This document shows positions 61,674 to 64,000 of a stretch of 64,000 nt of DNA, in pieces; position 1 is the first letter of the stretch; every line of letters begins with the position of its first letter. A program made the translations under genes and the position numbers. This stretch comes from Dicyema japonicum (taxonomy: Eukaryota; Animalia; Dicyemida): NCBI GenBank assembly GCA_011109175.1, contig RDEW01000010.1, positions 1,309,238 to 1,373,237 on the forward strand, read 5' to 3'. Under the pieces are notes generated by a model. That model saw nothing but the letters and a program-made list of their open reading frames with translations, was not told where the DNA came from and searched no databases.

Positions 61674-61779
61674 TTTACAATTTGAGGGGATTTGAATTCT
61701 ATTATTTTTGAGTTTTTGTTTTTTAATTTTATTAATATAAATAAAACATTGTGGTCATCTATAGTACATGATATTTCCA

Positions 61780-61900
61780 TTAAATTGATCTTATGTAGGC
61801 TCAAGGGATCAACACCGAGCAAAGATGAGAGCCTTGATCCAATTCGTCGGGATCACTTAGTTTAGTTTTTTCGGTTTAACAGTGGTCTTTGAAATTAATT
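61780..61900 (+). mobile_element. Vingi-like LINE extreme 3' end
   Basis: ...VGIT* end and hairpin; near-identical to 17755-17815. Confidence 0.65.
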
Positions 61901-62799
61901 TGATTTCTACAAAACCACTTGACTTTCATTCTCTTAGGTTAAACAGTTGAAATTCCATGAATGCTGCCTTTGGGGACCTAAACTCTTTACTCGGGTACCT
62001 TTTTGATTTCGATTGGCGACTGTAATATATTGTATTTTAGGATAAACTACGCACGTGCAAAAAGTAATAGTGCATTATTGAACGTGGCTGTGGTTGTGGT
62101 AATTCCGATTATAATTTATGGATTAGTTATTGGATTAAATTTTTATTTAAAATAATCAGTTCATATGTAGTGCTCAGAGAATATCCAAGACAAAACAACT
62201 TTCTCAATATTGGTATCTTGAGAATGCATTCTAATTGTCCCCAAGTGGAGTCTAAATAACTGAATATTTTGTGAAATGTAGTAAAATCCAATATACCAGT
62301 GATTATTTGAACAAAGATTATCAGGATTATTATAGTCATTAGTACTCATCAATTTATGAGTAATAATTGTTGTAACATTGTTTTAGTCAAGAATGTTGAA
62401 AATATAACAATTAGTAACACCTGGTGAGATAATACTAGGAATGATGACCATCAGGCGATTAGTAGTTTCTTCATTCTTATTGATGTTTTTCTTGAGATAC
62501 AACACACTTTAGTAGGTATGACTGACAGGGGATTTTCCACTAATGGAGTAATGGCCTCAAAAGTCCATTTAGTGGGTTTTGATTGAAGGTCAGTCTTTTT
62601 TAAGATATGCCTTTGCGAGTTTGTTCAACAGTAGCAACCGTAGTTGATGGTTGATGTACTGTGTGTACGTTAGCGTCGAACTGGAAGTATCTTTGTGCTT
62701 TATTACAGAACTAAGTTTTATTGAGAAAATAATTTCCCAAAAGTCACAAACGAAATAAATAACAGGAATTTTATTTATTTAACCCCAAAAATGAAAAGT

Positions 62800-63300
62800 A
62801 CAGGATTCTGCGGCTACCATGCCGACACAAACATAAATTACTGATGAACAAAGAAGGAGGTATTCAGTGCGGATCAGTGTTTATTTGTGAGAATAGGGTT
62901 TATTTACATTGGAAATTAGAAGACCGAAACTCCAAGAGGCAAATGCATACATTACTGTGTGCTTAAGAAGTTGAATGCATGTGAGAACCGAACATTCCTC
63001 GACGGTTGGCGCAGATACGTAAATAGCGATTTTATAATATTCAGTTTACAAAGTCAGGTAATCAGAACCTTTTTGGTGGAGAACGAAAATAATAGACCAA
63101 AAGTTACTCCCAATAATTTAGGATTTCATTTATGTGGGATAGGCTTTCCATATAACATGAATCCAAATCTTCTTTTCAATCTTCGATAGATAGAGATGAT
63201 CTTATAGGAAGATTCTTTAGACGACACTGACAGTCGGTTCGCTTTTAACTAGGCCTTGAAAACTCGCAGTTCTGTCGCAGTCCCGTTTGTAGAACTGCTA
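62800..63300 (-). mobile_element. Vingi-like RT fragment
   Basis: GKPIPH..NPKLLGVTF. Confidence 0.55.
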
Positions 63301-63699
63301 CAACATCCAATAATCAAGTCAACAGCAAGGAATTGATTATCTTAGGATGTGGAATATTGTGTAGAAATATGATAGAGAAGGGTGCTGTCATGTGGCTATT
63401 TGGTTGAAAATTTATTCTACTTCATTCTGTTCATGATATTTCCCTGAGTTTCGTAATTTGATTCACCATTCTCAGTTAGCGTCAGTACCGAAGAAGAATG
63501 GTTGTTCTTTCTCACTATATTTAAAAATATTATCAAGTTGATCGATTGCATGCTTTCTTCTCTTCCCGTTGGTTCTTGATGGACTTGAGATATTGGAAGG
63601 AGTTACTACATATTTGATCGTGGGACCTGAAAGCATTTGATTTTTTAAAATAATAAAACAATTTTCACCAAAAAAGATTTAAATAATCCTTTGCAGATA

Positions 63700-63982
63700 G
63701 GATTGCGTATACGTTTCCACGTAATAAGGAAATCCCAATTCGTTGTCTTAGCCACAAAGATTCGCGGGGTTCATTTTTTGGCTCGCTAGTTTCCATCCTA
63801 TTTCTTTTAGAAAGGCCGCAGTGATGGTATCCAAGAAGTGTTTCTACTTCTTGGATGCAAATAAGGTTTTTTGCATCACCTGAGACAGGTGGACCAACAA
63901 ACGCATCTTAGGTCAACTGGGATCACTTAAATAGTTGACTTCAGTCTTTCTTTCTCGGTAATCCTGAGGTTAATAAATAAAT
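63700..63982 (+). mobile_element. Vingi-like 3' end with (TAAA)n tail
   Basis: ...TGIT* end; 3' UTR similar to 40200-40255. Confidence 0.65.
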
Positions 63983-64000
63983 CTCATGAACATTTGTGAT

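Noticed and set aside
62127-62352. ORFs with a hydrophobic, signal-like start
   Set aside because: Two overlapping short frames, no domain and ambiguous splicing
1-64000. CRISPR arrays, rRNA genes, prokaryotic operons
   Set aside because: None seen; the tandem repeats are short, lack spacers, and the DNA is eukaryotic

Overview
AT-rich eukaryotic (animal) genomic DNA. About ten small host genes sit as islands in a dense field of retrotransposon relics. Most host genes are invisible or fragmented in the ORF track because they are split by very short spliceosomal introns (mostly 21-27 nt). Host genes reconstructed by hand: NOLC1/Nopp140-like, FARSA (Phe-tRNA synthetase alpha), two divergent LAMP-domain surface proteins, a CEP126-like ciliary protein, an intronless class III POU gene, an FGF8-like ligand, a small GPI-type mucin, a RING-H2 protein and a membrane-tethered CREB3/ATF6-like bZIP factor. 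Tiny introns together with POU, FGF and a ciliary gene point to a reduced ciliated animal parasite such as a dicyemid or orthonectid mesozoan (inference). Mobile DNA: about 11 CRE-clade (RLE-type) LINE pieces, including a probably intact PHD-finger-bearing copy; Vingi/Ingi-like APE LINEs with 2A-like motifs; RTE-like LINEs; R4/NeSL-like RLE fragments; a tRNA-derived SINE; hAT relics; and a possible Ty3 integrase relic. Top observations: (1) all 32 modelled introns end at the first AG lying at least 21 nt from the donor, whatever the -3 base; (2) two LINE families carry 3'-terminal hairpins that start in the last codons of the ORF and show compensatory changes; (3) a PHD-CRE element; (4) a bZIP whose membrane anchor depends on one 23-nt intron. 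Several frameshifts are short deletions in homopolymers or dinucleotide repeats and look like assembly errors. All gene models and family calls were made by eye and from recalled motifs; no database search was run.
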